Shown: positions 39,554-53,460 of the stretch, in pieces
Position numbering within the stretch: position 1 is the first letter of the stretch
Layout of the letters: each line of letters begins with the position of its first letter
From: Eledone cirrhosa
Taxonomy: Eukaryota
Assembly: GCA_964016885.1 (NCBI GenBank)
Contig: OZ024758.1
Coordinates: 23,994,001-24,058,000 of the forward strand
Reading direction: 5' to 3'
DNA: 64,000 nt
Notes under the pieces: generated by a model
The model's database searches: none
What the model was told of the DNA's origin: nothing
The model's input: only the letters and a program-made list of their open reading frames with translations
Made by a program: the position numbers and the translations under genes

Positions 39554-40470
39554 TTGTTTCTACTTTTTTGGCACAAGGCCAGCAATTACCCAGTGTATTA
39601 CTGGTACTTTATTTTAATTTTATCGACCCCCGTAAGGATGAAAGGCAAAGTTAACCTCGGCGGGATTTGAACTCAGAACGCAAAGGGCCGTAACTCTATG
39701 CGTAAAAAACATGGCGTCCTTACCCTCTACAGATACTGCCAATCCGAATAATAATGAAATTTATTGTGTACAGTGCTGAGGTGCACTACAACTCATCAAA
39801 GGTGCATGTATAGTACATAGAATTTAAATTATCAACTTTATAACATTTTTCATTTTCAGTATTCTGCTGAAAACACAGTTTTCCTGTAGCACTCAAATAT
39901 GGCTAAAAAAACATTAACATATATCTAAATGCTTTCCTACTGGCTGCTAAACAATGTGATCAGAAAAGCAATAAAGTCTAATTATTCTCGAGAGAATAGT
40001 GTTATTTACATAAACAACAATCCCAAAACATTCATAAATTTCTTTTCTTTCCGTGAGTCTACAACAAATGAATTAGATAGTAGGATACCTTTTGTCTGAT
40101 TTTCTACTGTATTGTTCTTTCCTTTTGACACTCCAAGATGTAATTACAGAATACCATTGTCTATCGCTTTGGTTTTTTAACAGAATTTTCTTTTTAACAT
40201 AAACTGCATGCAAGCACTAATTTCTCAAAAGCTGATGAGTTGAACAAGTTATTTTAGTTGACCTAATTTCTTACGCGGCTATCTTTTCTTCTGAAAAATG
40301 GTTTCTTACTATTCTATGGTTGCATTTCTATTGATTCAGTGCCATTGGCTTTGGTTTGGCTTCAGGAACTCACTGAATATGAAGCAATCACATGGATTCT
40401 CTTATTAAAAGTACCGAACTAAACTATGAAGAAATGTTGAAAAATGTATTGTAATAAAATGATAAATGAA

Positions 40471-40660
40471 ATAATTGTTTCTACTTTTGGAACAAGGCCA
40501 GCAATTACCCAGTGTATTACTGGTACTTTATTTTATCGACCCCGTAAGGATGAAAGGCAAAGTCAACCTCGGCGGGATTTGAACTCAGATCGTAAAGGGA
40601 CGTAACTATGCTGGAAAGCATGGCGTCCGATCCTCTACCGATACTGCCAATCCACCGCCC
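40471..40660 (-). mobile_element. Full-length OK-like SINE with TSD
   Basis: AAATGATAAATGAAATAAT flanks both ends. Confidence 0.88.
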
Positions 40661-41449
40661 TAAATGATAAATGAAATAATGCATGGTTTCCATGGTCCCG
40701 TAACCTCTGAAGTAATCGTAGGGGCACCGTATTGACATATGGTGTTTTAAGGGTATTTTAAAAACCTGGTGGTGCCATTCTCAACTCCAGGTCTGAATGC
40801 AGTAGATTTTTTCCAGAGAAGGATAGAAAGGAAGTGAGAAAGGAAGTGAGAAAGGAAGTGGGAAAGGAAGCAAGAATGAGATATAGAGGAAGAATCGACT
40901 TCAATACTAGATTGAGAAGGATAGAGTGAACGAGAGAAAGGAAGTGAGAAAGGAAGTGAGAAAGAGATATAGAGGAAGAATCGACTCCAATACTAGATTG
41001 GAACATTTTATTTTTATTAGCCTCGAATAAATGAAAAACAAAGTTGACATCAGCGGGATTCGAACTCAGCGAGCAGAAAGCAGGAACGAATACAATACCA
41101 CAAAGCATTCTATCCGAAATTCTAATGACTCTACCAATTCACCGCCTTAAATGTAATAATAGCTTCTTACAAAAACAGGAAACAGGAAACTTTATTTCTC
41201 TAGATGAAGTGGAATATGAATCTGTAACATTGATGGGTTTTTAAAGACAATTATTACTGAAACTGAATGCGCTCCAACTCAAAATTCAGCTGAGAGCGTA
41301 AGTTCTCAGAAAATATAAAACTAAATATTACATTATTTGCCACGTTGTGATTTGGTTCAACTAAGCACAAATTAATCTTTTAAAGTACGCTGTGTTAAGT
41401 TAAAATTAATGGAAACTAGAGTGAAATATAACTAGTGCTTATTGTGTGT

Positions 41450-41680
41450 CTGTGAAACAAACATATACACCAGGTCCGAACACAAAGGAACCAAACTCCC
41501 ACTGTCAATGTCTCCGTCTCTCTCGGTCTCCCAATTTCTCACTATTATCAGCGATTGGGGACCCACGAGGGCAGAACAGAGAAGATGTTCCCCCGGAGGA
41601 TGGTGAAGGAGTCGCACCCGAAGAGCCATTCCAGCTCGCGAAGCTCACAGCTGCGGGTAGCCAACTCTGACATGACTGAA
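41450..41680 (-). pseudogene. CRE-clade 3' fragment plus 3'UTR
   Basis: Homologous to 6520-6670, 43510-43705 and 56420-56510. Confidence 0.6.
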
Positions 41681-41777
41681 GCTTAAACAAAACTAACTAA
41701 CTAGAGAGATATGTTAAGCAGTGAATGTTAACAATTTCTTCTTAAACAAAGTGATAAATAAATACATAACAATAGCT

Positions 41778-42015
41778 ACGAGCCCCACGAGGGGGAATTA
41801 CTGTTCCAGCGTGTCTCCCTCGTCATGCTCGGGCGCAATGTCTTCTCCACCCTGACGGTCGGGATTAAGCGACGGACGACATCTTTGAGAACCTGATTTC
41901 TACTAGATAAATTGGTTCACATTTATAAACTATATAAATACATAACAATAGGTGTAAGCCCCACGAGGTGGAGTGACTTCCAGCGCGTCTCCCTGGCTAT
42001 CCTCCGAGGCAATAT
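41778..42015 (+). pseudogene. Two short CRE-clade RLE C-terminal fragments
   Basis: EPHEGELLFQRVSLVMLGRNVFST at 41780-41851. A second diverged copy lies at about 41955-42015. Confidence 0.55.
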
Positions 42016-42617
42016 TAGATAGATTGGTTCACTTTCTAAACTATATTTTATAAATAATATATTTTCATAACAATAAAACCTATGGGCGGGTGTATGTTAT
42101 ACACCTGTCTTCATTTACATTAAAGATACACACATCTTCCCATTCACCAATAAAAACAAGCCACAACTATTGGAATTATTTTTACTGCATTACTCTTTCA
42201 AAATAATAACAACTTACACCTATATAAACGCGACCAATTTACTCTTCTTTTGGCAAGAAAACGTCACTTTAATCCCCGGCCCCGACTGAAAAGGAGAAAA
42301 AGTTAGAAAGATGTTTTTATTCAAAACAAGATTTACTTACTCATAACAGCTTAGAAGCCGCTAAAAATAACAAGATAAATTGCTACTGAAATCCTGCACC
42401 TACTTAGTTCGGTTGTGCATAAGTAGACTGTGTGAAAATGTAAAAATATTAAATGAAATAGCAATGAAAATAAATATTTTATTTCAAACACACACATCAG
42501 ACAATCAATAGTAAACTCCCAAATAAATGGATATGAAGATTAGTTTAACTCTAGTAAATTTCAAGATAAGCATCCAGCTACATATGCGGAAGTGTTCTCT
42601 TTAATATAGATTAACAA

Positions 42618-42833
42618 TGGTCTCTTATATAGGCACAAGGCCAGTAATTTGGTGGAGGGGAAAGTCGATTAAATCGACCTCAGTGCGTGACTGGTGTTTT
42701 ATTTTATCGACCCCGTAAGGATGAAAGGCAAAGTTAACCTCGGCGGGATTTGAGCTCAGATCATAAACAGCCGTAACTCTATGCTGCAAAGCATGGCGTC
42801 CGACCCTCTACCGATACTGCCAATCCACCGCCC
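42618..42833 (-). mobile_element. OK-like SINE with TSD
   Basis: TTTAATATAGATTAA on both sides. Confidence 0.85.
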
Positions 42834-42959
42834 TTTTAATATAGATTAATAATAAATTAGTTTAGGTTAGTAAATGTGGTTATTATAAGTCAAGTGCAAA
42901 ATACTGCTGTGTAATTTGGGGTATATATAACTGGTATGGTACTTATTTTATATGTAAGG

Positions 42960-43300
42960 GTAAAAACCCCCTTCGGTCACGAATGACCATGAGATTTGCA
43001 CCAAGAAAGTTCCCCACTGAGGCTCAAGTCCAGGCAAGATTGTTTGTAGAAGACCAGTAGTCACCCATGCATACCAGTCTCCCCTCTCCACGCCACCGAT
43101 GTTCTCCAAGAGAAAGGCAATGGCCGATACAGCTTGACACCAGTGACATCGCAACTCATTTCTACAGCTGAGTGAACTGGAGCAACGTGAAATAAAGTGT
43201 CTTGTTCAAGGACACAACGCATCACCCTGTCCAAGAATCGAACTCACAACCTTCCAATTGCAAGCCCAATGCTCTAACCACTAAGCCACGCGCCTTCACT
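42960..43300 (-). mobile_element. OR2-like CORE SINE
   Basis: Reverse-complement homologue of 14162-14495. Confidence 0.8.
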
Positions 43301-43509
43301 TTTGTATGTAGAGACTGCCTAAAACCAAAGAAGCTCACAAAACTAGCAGGCCCATAACAGCTATGATCTTGGCTAGTCAAGCTTGGGGATCCAGCCTGAT
43401 CTAGATGGAGACGGTCTTCAGACTTTGAGGACTCTGACCCCATCTATTCCCTCTGAGGAATAAGTGGGTGAAGAAGAAGAAGATACTACCAAATACCCAT
43501 TCTCTCTTG

Positions 43510-43705
43510 TCTAAACATATATACACCAGGTCCGAATACAAAAGAACTAAACTCCCTCTGTCACTGCCCTCGTGTGTCCCCCATCTCTCACTATTATGAG
43601 AAAATGGAGGCCGATGCGTTGGCCGCCCCGCGGCTCCGACGGACGGAATTGAGAAGGCGTTTCCTCGAAGGATGGTGCGGGAGACGCACTGGAAGAGCCA
43701 TTCCA
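43510..43705 (-). pseudogene. CRE-clade 3' fragment abutting (GT)n
   Basis: EWLFQCVSRTILRGNAFSI. Confidence 0.7.
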
Positions 43706-43725
43706 CACACACACACATTATATAT

Positions 43726-43910
43726 ATAGGAAAGAGTCAGGACCCCGACGGCTGAACTCCGTTCGAACGGATCTAGCTGTCGAGAAACGGCCGGAGCTCA
43801 GCCGTCGGGGTCCTGACACTTATCCTATTACCCACTCTACTACCCTAACTATCGAGTATTCTGGTGTATTATGGTCCACCTGGTTCCTTACCACACTTTC
43901 TTTGTTTATA
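43726..43910. mobile_element. Family A (subfamily 2) element in (TA)n
   Basis: Short inverted arm plus sense unit with tail. Confidence 0.7.
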
Positions 43911-44026
43911 TATGATTCCAGTTCCTCAGTGAAATAACAACCCAACAAGGAACTGGGCATATCAGAGTATTGACAAAGTTATACACCTCAACAACATATG
44001 TACTTGTCTATACAACACTAATTCAA

Positions 44027-44081
44027 ACTGCCTGAAGAGGTCACAGCCAAAGATGGCTGTCACTGAAATATATATAGCAGT
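44027..44081 (+). ncRNA. Type I hammerhead ribozyme motif
   Basis: ACTGC-CTGAAGA-GGT c ACAGCCA aaga TGGCTGT c ACT-GAAA-TATATA-TA-GCAGT, followed by AATAAA and (TA)n. Confidence 0.85.
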
Positions 44082-44126
44082 AATAAACGAAGCTAAATTT
44101 TAATCATTTGACTTTTTATTTAACTT

Positions 44127-44165
<39 letters not shown>

Positions 44166-44295
44166 CAGAGATGAACATATCCAGGTATTTTTAGGTATGA
44201 CTTTCTTTATTTATTCTTTGTATGAAATATTGATTGTTTTTCCGGTATCTTGTCTCTGTTTTTAGCCTGAGAAAATACCTATATGCATGTATAAA

Positions 44296-44486
44296 TAATT
44301 GTTTCTATTTTAGGCACAAGGCCAGCAATTACCCAGTACATTACTGGTACTTTATTTTATCGACCCCGTAAGGATGAAAGGCAAAGTTAACCTCGGCGGG
44401 ATTTGAACTCAGATCATAAAGGGATGTAACTCTATGCTTCAAAGCATGGTGTCCGACTCTCTACCGATACTGCCAATCCACCGCCC
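44296..44486 (-). mobile_element. Full-length OK-like SINE with TSD
   Basis: TGTATAAATAAT on both sides. Confidence 0.85.
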
Positions 44487-45241
44487 TATGTATAAATAAT
44501 ACATGCATATATTTATTTTTTTATATCCAATTGAGTTCTTCACGCATGGTTAAAATTCTTGACAGAATTAATTGACCTGGGTGCGTATTATTTTATCCTT
44601 TTATATTTTGCGATGATCTCCCCTTCCCGCTTGGTGGCGGTGTGAGATTTCTCTTTGTGAGACTGCTGGAATTTCAAATATGGCGGTCACTCTAACACTG
44701 ACGGGTACCATCGCTGAATGTTAATATCGGTAGGGTTTTTTTTATACCGATATTGTTGGGGATCCCCTGATGGTTTATAAGTGCCCACCTGCATATATTC
44801 CTATAGACTATGTGTAGGCTTCTACATAACCTGGACATTATTTCCCGCCGAGGTTAACTTTGCCTTTCATCCTTCCAGGGTCGATAGAATAAAGTACCAG
44901 TAATGCATTGGTGAATTGCTGGCCTTGTGCCAAAAGTAGAAACAATTATTTTCCCAACTTGTAGAACACTTATAATGAAACGATCGTTTGGAAAAAGGGA
45001 TGTATTTAATTATGTCTCATATAATATAATACAACTGGCTATCCGCAAAATACGTATAGTTAGCACCCCAAACGTATAATTGGGATTATACTAAGGTATA
45101 TCCTAATGTTTGTTGAGTGAGACGGAAGTCGGGCGGAGTATTGCTTAAAGCTTTCTCTGTTAGTGTATTAAATATATATATATATAATATAGAAATGGCT
45201 TCTACAGGACTAGAACTGTTTCATTCGGGAGAAATAATCAT

Positions 45242-45294
<53 letters not shown>

Positions 45295-45492
45295 AAAATA
45301 GTCAGGACCCCGACGGCTGAGCTCTGGCTGTTTCGACAGCTAGATCCGAACTGGTGCGTTATGGTCCACCTGGTATCTTACCACACCCTCTTTGCTTTGT
45401 TATACACACACACACACATATACATATATACCCTAAGTATTGAGTACTCTGGTGCGTTATGGTCAATCTGGTTCCTTACCACAACTCCTTCG

Positions 45493-45539
<47 letters not shown>

Positions 45540-45546
<7 letters not shown>

Positions 45547-45912
45547 GAAATGAATATAAAAAGTTTAAAACCGTTAAAGCATGCTTATATAATTGTGCAC
45601 CTACGTACGTTTCGCCCTGAGTGGGTTATCAAGGGCATGAAAAGCAAAATAATGTTAAATATTGGACCCAGGAAGGAATTATATTGAACATTATTTTGCT
45701 TTCCATGCCCTTGATATTACCCGCTCAGGGCGAAACGTACGTAGGTGCACAATTATATAAGCATGCTTTAACGGTTTTAAACTCTTTGTATTCATTTCCT
45801 TTATAATCGCTCTGCTTATTTTTTCTCGCCCACTAAATATTGACGCCTCTAATATTTAACCCTCTAGGTACGAGTATTGAGCACACATGCATAAACTATT
45901 GGCAACTAAATA
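45540..45912. mobile_element. Family I palindrome (about 123-bp arms) plus about 105-nt right tail in (TA)n
   Basis: 45540-45663 is the reverse complement of about 45681-45805. Confidence 0.8.
45596..45637 (-). ncRNA. Type I hammerhead motif, U3-A8 variant
   Basis: Reverse complement reads TGCCC-TTGATAA-CCC actca GGG c-GAAA-CGTACG-TA-GGTGCA. The plus-arm copy at 45706-45749 has a 2-nt insertion in the core. Confidence 0.65.
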
Positions 45913-45958
45913 TATGTATCGGCCATCTTTATATTCTCTTCTCTCGCTCGATACCTAA

Positions 45959-45991
<33 letters not shown>

Positions 45992-46243
45992 ATATATATA
46001 CTTCATAAATAAATTTTGTAGGAGATGTTCGTTTCTATTTGCTATAACACTTAACTGCTATAACACTTAACTGCTATTCCACTATTCCTCTATTCCTCTA
46101 TTTCTCTATTCATGACCAATAAATATTCAATTGAAACATGTTTCCATCTAACATTAATCTTCTAGTTGTTCTATGTTGTCATATCCAAATTAATTTATCG
46201 TCAAGTAGAATTTACATTTTTCCCATTCTATGATTATAATACA

Positions 46244-46630
46244 GCGGTGAATTGTCAGTATCGGTAGAGGGTTGGACGCCATGCTTTCCAGCATAGTTAC
46301 GTCCCTTTACGATCTGAGTTCAAATCCCGCCCAGGTTAACTTTGCCTTTCATCCTTACGGGGGGTCGATAAAATAAAGTACCAGTAATACACTGGGTAAT
46401 TGCTGGCCTTGTGCCTAACGTAGAAACAATTATAATTTATTCTCGGTGGATTGGCAGTATCGGTAGAGGGTCGGACGCCATGCTTTCCAGCATAGTTACG
46501 TCCCTTTACGATCTGAGTTCAAATCCCGCCGAGGTTGACTTTGCCTTTCATCCTTACGAGGTCGATAGAATAAAGTACCAGTAATGCACTGGTGAATTGC
46601 TGGCCTTGTGCCTAAAGGAGAAACAATTAT
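46244..46630 (+). mobile_element. Head-to-tail pair of OK-like SINEs
   Basis: Both copies end in AATTATAATTTATTCTCG. Confidence 0.85.
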
Positions 46631-47624
46631 AATTTATTCTCGTAACATCTTGAGTTGAATTTATATATTTTCAGGTGCATTAGTGGTGTAAATAAAATGA
46701 AAAAAATAATGGCTTCGACGGAAATTGTAAAAAATGTCGTCGATTCGATTTGATTTGTGTAGCACTCTTTCTTACTCGGAGGCGTTTTATATGCTTCCTC
46801 TATTAATATTAATATATGACCCATTCTGTTACGTACGAAATAAGTGGTAAGAAACTCTCAGGAGAGTTTGATAACAAAAGGTTTTAGAGAAGAACACATT
46901 CCCCGCCTCAAGCAAGTGTTTCGGTCCTTAATTTCCATTATGTTTCTACATATGTGTGTATGTATGTGTATTACATATTCAAACACCTCCCACCATATAT
47001 ATATATATATGGTGGGAGGGACTCATTTTATAACATGTTATCCATGTGCAACCAGCAGTATTCTTCTCACCCATATTTTTCATATATTTACCCAAACTGC
47101 AATTCTGTGTTTCTCTCTTTCTCTCTTACTGCTCCCTCGTTCTCTCTGTTTCTCTTACTTTCTTTCGTCCCCTCTGCCATGTCAGTTAACTCTTTCTCTC
47201 TACTGACCTCTTCCTCGCACTCCCACTCACTCAGTCCCTGTTTCTCCCCTTCTTTCTTCCTCCCGTTCGCTGGGAAAACGGTTTTCATTCTTTCTAACAC
47301 CGGATTCACTAGCGAAAGGTCTGTTTTCTGACTCGCTCATATATTCACACAGCTTATGCTGAAAGAATAACTATGTTGCTTGTGTTTATTTCCATCTTCG
47401 GTTAGCTTCCCCCTGTGTTGTTTACTTGTCTCACTCGCTTTACGCGTTTCTATTGTCCTAATAACTTATTTTAGTTATTATCGCTCCAACGTGAGGTATA
47501 TGATTTTTAATGCGATGAAATACCCATGATCGTTTGGTAAATCACTGATGAGGGACTCATTTTATAACATGTTATCCATGTGCAACCAGCAGTATTCTTC
47601 TCACCCATATTTTTCATATATATA

Positions 47625-47661
<37 letters not shown>

Positions 47662-47664
<3 letters not shown>

Positions 47665-47822
47665 TGGTAACACAACAGTTAGTTCACCATACCGAGAACA
47701 AATGTAAGGTGAAAAATTGTTCTCGGTATTGGTGAACTAACCGTTGTGTTACCACTTCTACCTAACTCGTCCCATGGACTGAGTGCTCTACCACTACGGA
47801 TATTACCTTCCAGTGTTCTACC
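47662..47822. mobile_element. Family E fold-back element after (TA)n
   Basis: Homologue of 18626-18750 with a longer filler at the axis. Confidence 0.7.
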
Positions 47823-47847
47823 TCTCTCTCTCTGTATATATATCTAT

Positions 47848-48108
47848 CTAGGGCGGGTAAAATTCCCGAGATCCATGGACGAGTTCTCTCCAGCGGTCTC
47901 TGTCCCTCATTATCGCTGCCATGTCCTGCGTCTCCAACAGACCAGTGTCTGTCATTAGGGCATCAACATACGTTAACCTTGGTCTTCCTCTTCCAGTGTG
48001 TCCATGTAGGGGCTCCCACAGGAGCACTGAGTGCAATGTCAACTCTGGATGTCGGTGAGCATGTCCAGCTAACCTCAGTCTCCTCTGTGTCACTTTCGAG
48101 CTGACTTT
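47848..48108 (-). pseudogene. RTE/RTEX-type LINE 3' fragment
   Basis: KVSSKVTQRRLRLAGHAHRHPELTLHSVLLWEPLHGHTGRGRPRLTYVD...DRDRWRELV. Confidence 0.8.
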
Positions 48109-48572
48109 TGTGTGTGCGTGTGGAAATGGTTCCCGGCTGCCTGGGAAACATTTGTAACCGGGGTGAGCAATAAATCCCTTATGTAACCCCTCCACTTTGT
48201 TCTTATTATATATATATATATATATAGTAATAATAATAAATTTGAAGACTAAAATCCAAAGATTTTTTATTTTAATAAATATATATATATATATATATAT
48301 ATGCAGAGGTTATATTTAATTTGTTGGGATTCAACAAGCTTAAACATTTTTCTAACTGATATAAAGCACTCACATATCACCTTCTTCCAACAGTTTAATT
48401 TAAATAAAACGTTATCTTTTCAACCTTTTCGGACACTCATTTGCATACTCAATCATAATTTTCTATCACCCTCAATAAATGTAATATCTCCACTATCCAG
48501 GAAGCTCCAACCGTCAAGGTTGTCTTTTTTTCAGGGTATGTCAATATTTATTTATAAAACAAATCTGTATTG

Positions 48573-48638
48573 TATTTTATCTGATGAAAGCGCACCATAA
48601 TTTTCCTTGGTGGCCCTTGAAATATGTATAATAAAATA
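48573..48638 (+). ncRNA. Type I hammerhead ribozyme motif
   Basis: TATTTTAT-CTGATGA-AAG..CACCA..TGGTG..CTT-GAAA-TATGTA-TA-ATAAAATA with a perfect 8-bp stem I. (TA)n lies about 40 nt downstream. Confidence 0.8.
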
Positions 48639-48942
48639 AATATGGTTTTATAAATATAGTTTCCATTTGTTAATATATTGTATATATATATATATATACA
48701 GAGAGAGCGAGAGAGAGAGAGAGAGAGAGATGGGAAGGGGGGGGGGAGATATTTACATTGTATATATTCAATTTTCAGTCCAGAAATATGTCTAAAATTG
48801 ATAAATTATATTACATATTCCTTCATATTTTAAATTCAATTAATTCCCTATCTCACTCCATATTATATATATATATATATATATAAACACACACACACAC
48901 ACATATAAACACACACACACAAATAAACACACACACATATAA

Positions 48943-48984
<42 letters not shown>

Positions 48985-49496
48985 ACATATATACACAGAC
49001 AATATATACACACATATATTTATATATATATATATATATAATATATATATTTAATATCATTGTGTATATATATATATAGTTAAAACTTAGACGGGAACAA
49101 AAACAGAGAGGCAGTACAAATAAGAGTTTATTAGGTTCACGCTTTTGAGAGTGGGGGGTGGGGGTGATATATATATATATATATAAATAAACACACACAC
49201 ACACACTATATATATATATATATATATGAAGAAAGTGAGAGGAAGGCGTTATTGCGTTGCAGATGAATTTCGCAATTTATATGTAAATATTTTCCATAAT
49301 TGAATATATGGTATGTAAATTGAGTATGGAGATATTTTATCATCGGCTTCTTAAAATTATTAAATTAATCGGCTACCCCTGCATATATATATATATATAT
49401 ACATGTGTGTGTGTGCGTGTTGTATGTGTGTGTGTGTGTGTGTGTGTGCGCGCTTGTGTGTGTTGTATGTGTGTGTGTTGTATGTCTGTGTGTCTG

Positions 49497-49715
49497 TGAA
49501 GGTGCATGGTTTACTGTTTAGAGCGTCGAGCTTATAATCGTGAGGTTGTGAACTCGATTCGTGGACCGGGTGATGTGTTGTTTCCTTGAACAAGACACTT
49601 TATTTCACGTTGCTTGCTCCAGTTTACTCAGTTGTAGAAATGAGTTGTGATGTCACTGGTGTTAAGCTGTATCGGCCTTAGAGTTTCCCTTGGACAACAA
49701 CGGTTGCATGGAGGG
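49497..49715 (+). mobile_element. OR2-like CORE SINE (diverged)
   Basis: CCTTGAACAAGACACTTTATTTCACGTTGCT core. Confidence 0.7.
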
Positions 49716-51274
49716 GGTCCATCCGAAAAAAAAAACAGAAAAAAAAAACAGTGTGAGAAAGTGTGGATGAGTAATAGAAGAAGAATCGACTGCAATAGCG
49801 GAGTGAAACTTTCTTTTTTATTGAGTTCCAATGGACGGAATGCAAAGTTGACCTCAGCGGGATTTGAAATCATTCCGCGGAAAGCAGGAACGAATTCCAT
49901 AAAGCGTACTATTTCTAACGTACTAGTTTTAACGACTTGACCGATTTACCGCCTTGTTCATGTAATTTCCTAATAATATAGAAAATATTTTAACATTTTT
50001 TTATTGCATAATCGCTAGCATTAATCTGGCACAGAAAACAGTTTTCTGTGTAGGTATAAGGTATTTATTCGTTATGCACACGAATTTTATCGATGTTTCT
50101 GGCTCTTGAATATATAGGGAATATACAAAAGTAGCTTTACTTTGAAACCTCACCAGATTAAATATAGTGTATTAAATGAATTGGAAATTACTGCTTGGGA
50201 AAATAACTTTTCTCTCGGTAATTTCCCCTTTTCAGGATGAAACTATTCATTTTCTAAGCAATAATTTTGATGTGTGGGCGGTTTTGACAAGGCATATTTA
50301 ATCCGAAATTTATTAGATATAAAATCCATACTAGAAATTTCTGTTTATCTCGCGTTGAATCAGCTATATTGCCAAAAAACGAAAAATACAAAGAAAATGA
50401 TAAAGAAATAACCTGCTTTTGATGAATGTAAAACACAAAGCAGCAACGATTTAATTTATATTGTAAACATTACAAAGCAGCTTAACGGCCATTTTATGTT
50501 TGAATAAATATAATTTTGTGTCATGGTTATGTGTTTCAATAAAACTATTTAGTTGCTGGCTGAAATGCTTAATGTGAGCTGTAAAAGATGAGAAAAAGTA
50601 CTAATGACATTCAGAGAAGATCCTATTAAAACTTATGGTTGCAGTTGTTATTGTGTAGCTTAACACTGTACTCAAACTTTCAGGGCCACTGCTCCCCACA
50701 GCCACGTGATACACCCCCCCCAGACACATGATACCCTCAGCGCCTCGCCCCCCTCACAGCCACGTGATACCCTCAGCGCCCTCACCAACCATATTTCCAG
50801 GGAATCCTGCTTACATGCAAATTTTAAATAATATATAAATGAAATCTTTAATTTATATATAAATAATATAATATATACTATGTATAAATAAGTATTATAT
50901 ATTTTTCATTTTACTATATATATATATATATATATCATCTCTACCGCCCTCCACCACCCCATTAGAATGTGGCCATGCTGTGGCACCACTTAGACCTCCC
51001 CCACCCCTCTATATTTCTTCTCATGATTTGCCCTGGCTCTATAAATTGCAACAGGGCATTCGTGAAGCGGATTAAATTATGTTAATGCTGGAATTATTGT
51101 TTAATATCTCAAGATTAATTAATTCCACAAATATGAACAAGCAGTTAATAACCCCATGTTATCATCTTAACGTTTTAATTCTTAGATTTTCGTAGCATTT
51201 TGTGGAATTAATTCCACCATAAAATCTTTTTGACTTCTATCTTTCTCTCTTTCTCTCTGTAAGTCGTTCTGCCT

Positions 51275-51570
51275 TTCTCTCTTTAAATCTTTCTATATTT
51301 CTCTCTTTAAATCCTTCTCTTTTTTTCTCTTTAAATCCTTTCTTTCTCTCTTTAAATCCTTCTCTTTAAATTCTTTCTTTCTCTTTAAATCCTTCTCTTT
51401 AAATTCTTTCTTTCTCTCTTTAAATCCTTCTCTTTAAATTCTTTCTTTCTCTTTAAATCCTTCTCTTTAAATTCTTTCTTTCTCTCTTTAAATCCTTCTC
51501 TTTAAATTCTTTCTTTCTCTTTAAATCCTTCTCTTTAAATTCTTTCTTTCTCTCTTTAAACCTCTCTTTC
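51275..51570. repeat. Pyrimidine-rich minisatellite (CTCTTTAAATCCTT / CTCTTTAAATTCTTT)
   Basis: Tandem repeats are visible. Confidence 0.85.
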
Positions 51571-52355
51571 ACTCTTTAAAAATCACTGTCTCTGTAAATC
51601 CTCTCTTTATTCCTTTAAATCTCCCTCTCTGTTTACATCTTGCGCTCTCTCTCTCTCTCTTTTATAGCGTTTCTTTCTCTCTTTAAAAATATCTCTCTCT
51701 TTAAATCCTTTCTCTCGCTCTCTCAACCCCTCTCTCTCTCTTTAACCACTCTCTCTCACTCTCTTTAAACCCCTCTCTCTCTCTCTCTCTCTCTTGCGCG
51801 CGATCTTTAACCCTCTCTCTCTCTTTAAATATTTCTATTTCCATTCCAAGAAATTACATCCATTAACTCAATGACGTTTGATTTCAGTATTTTTAACTTG
51901 TTTAACCAGGAAGGGACTTTTGAGGTCCCTCGTGAATGTTACGAGGAATGAATGATGCTTTCAAACGGACGGCCTAGTCAGCTTGCTTGTAGCAAAATAG
52001 GTTCTGTTAGAACCCTCAAGGGGCCAGGTAGCAGTGTTAAACCGAGTGACAGCTAACGCATTTCATTTCCTTACTCTCTCTACACTCTTTCCTTACTCTT
52101 TCTATTTACACTCTTTCCTTACTCTTTCTATTTACACACTTTCTTTACTCTTTCTATTTACACACTTTCTTTACTCTTTCTTTCTCTTTCCTTTCTAAAT
52201 TGTTTTATTTTGTTTTTTCCATTATTTCCTTCCTTGGTTTCGTTCAATTTCTTACTTTCATTCTTTGTTTTTCTTACACCCTCGTTAATGATAACACAAT
52301 CTTTCACTGCAAAAGTTGTCAAAGCCATCTTGTTTTATTTATATATATATATATA

Positions 52356-52607
52356 TTAGTTTTGCGAGGTTTTTTATATGAAATCGTGTGTCGAAACAAA
52401 TATTGTTATACTTGGGGAGGGTCATATTTGTGTAATATTGCCAGAATTAATAACAGAACACACTCACTGTTTGGTTGGTTTTCGCTTCTCGCTGTCTTTT
52501 ATATCGGTAATCTAACTTACTCGGTCCTCAATGTTGCCATTGACTGACCGACGGTCAAAAATAATACAGATACAATATAGACACAAACACATATATATAG
52601 TTTATCA
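52356..52607 (-). mobile_element. Family C single arm with tail after (TA)n
   Basis: Matches 36906-37161. Confidence 0.75.
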
Positions 52608-52693
52608 TAAATCTTTCGTGGCACATCTGCAACATCGTCAGTGGTGTTATATTTTCTTCCTGTTGTGTTGTATGTCTACGCCATTTTTATTCA

Positions 52694-52735
<42 letters not shown>

Positions 52736-52737
<2 letters not shown>

Positions 52738-52935
52738 CGGAGGAAATGTGGTAAGGAACCAGGTGGACCATAACGCACCAAAGTACTCAATACTTAGGGT
52801 AGTAGAGTGGGTAATAGGAACGAGTAGGACCCCGACGGCTGAGCTCAAGCCGTTTCGACGGCTAATTCTAATCCAGTCCAGAATTAGCCGTCGAAACGGC
52901 TTGAGCTCAGCCGTCGGGGTCCTACTCGTTCCTAT
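52736..52935. mobile_element. Family A fold-back element in (TA)n
   Basis: Nearly identical to 14992-15200, with a different filler at the axis. Confidence 0.8.
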
Positions 52936-53093
52936 ATATATATATTTATATATCTTTCTTTATATCTTTCTATCTATCGTTCTGTCTCTTTTACTTTTCT
53001 TCGTGTTTATCGGTCCTTTTGCCTGCTTCTCTCTCGCTTTCTCTTTCTCTTTATATATATAATTTTTTGTCTGCTCCTCTCTCTCTATGTATG

Positions 53094-53124
<31 letters not shown>

Positions 53125-53460
53125 ATACGTGCACCCATCTATTTATTCACACCCACACATATAAGCACACACCTTCAGTTTCTCTATTTTCAATAATCAA
53201 AATGGTGTTTTGAATGTAAGCTCACGCACAGAATTAATCAATTTTATTAAGTAGAACATTCTCTACGACTGACAACTGTCAGATGTATTTTATTAAATCA
53301 ACCTGAAAGTTATACGATATAAATATGAAAACACACAAAAATACTAACAAAACAAAATAAAACAAAATAAAACAAAATAAAACAAAATAGAATTATTATT
53401 AACAATAGTAATAAAATAAGTAATAATAATTATTATTAACGACAATAGTAATAAAATAAA

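Noticed and set aside
47545-47595. CTGATGA-GGGA...ATCC possible hammerhead
   Set aside because: There is no GAAA or closing stem I. At best it is a decayed remnant.
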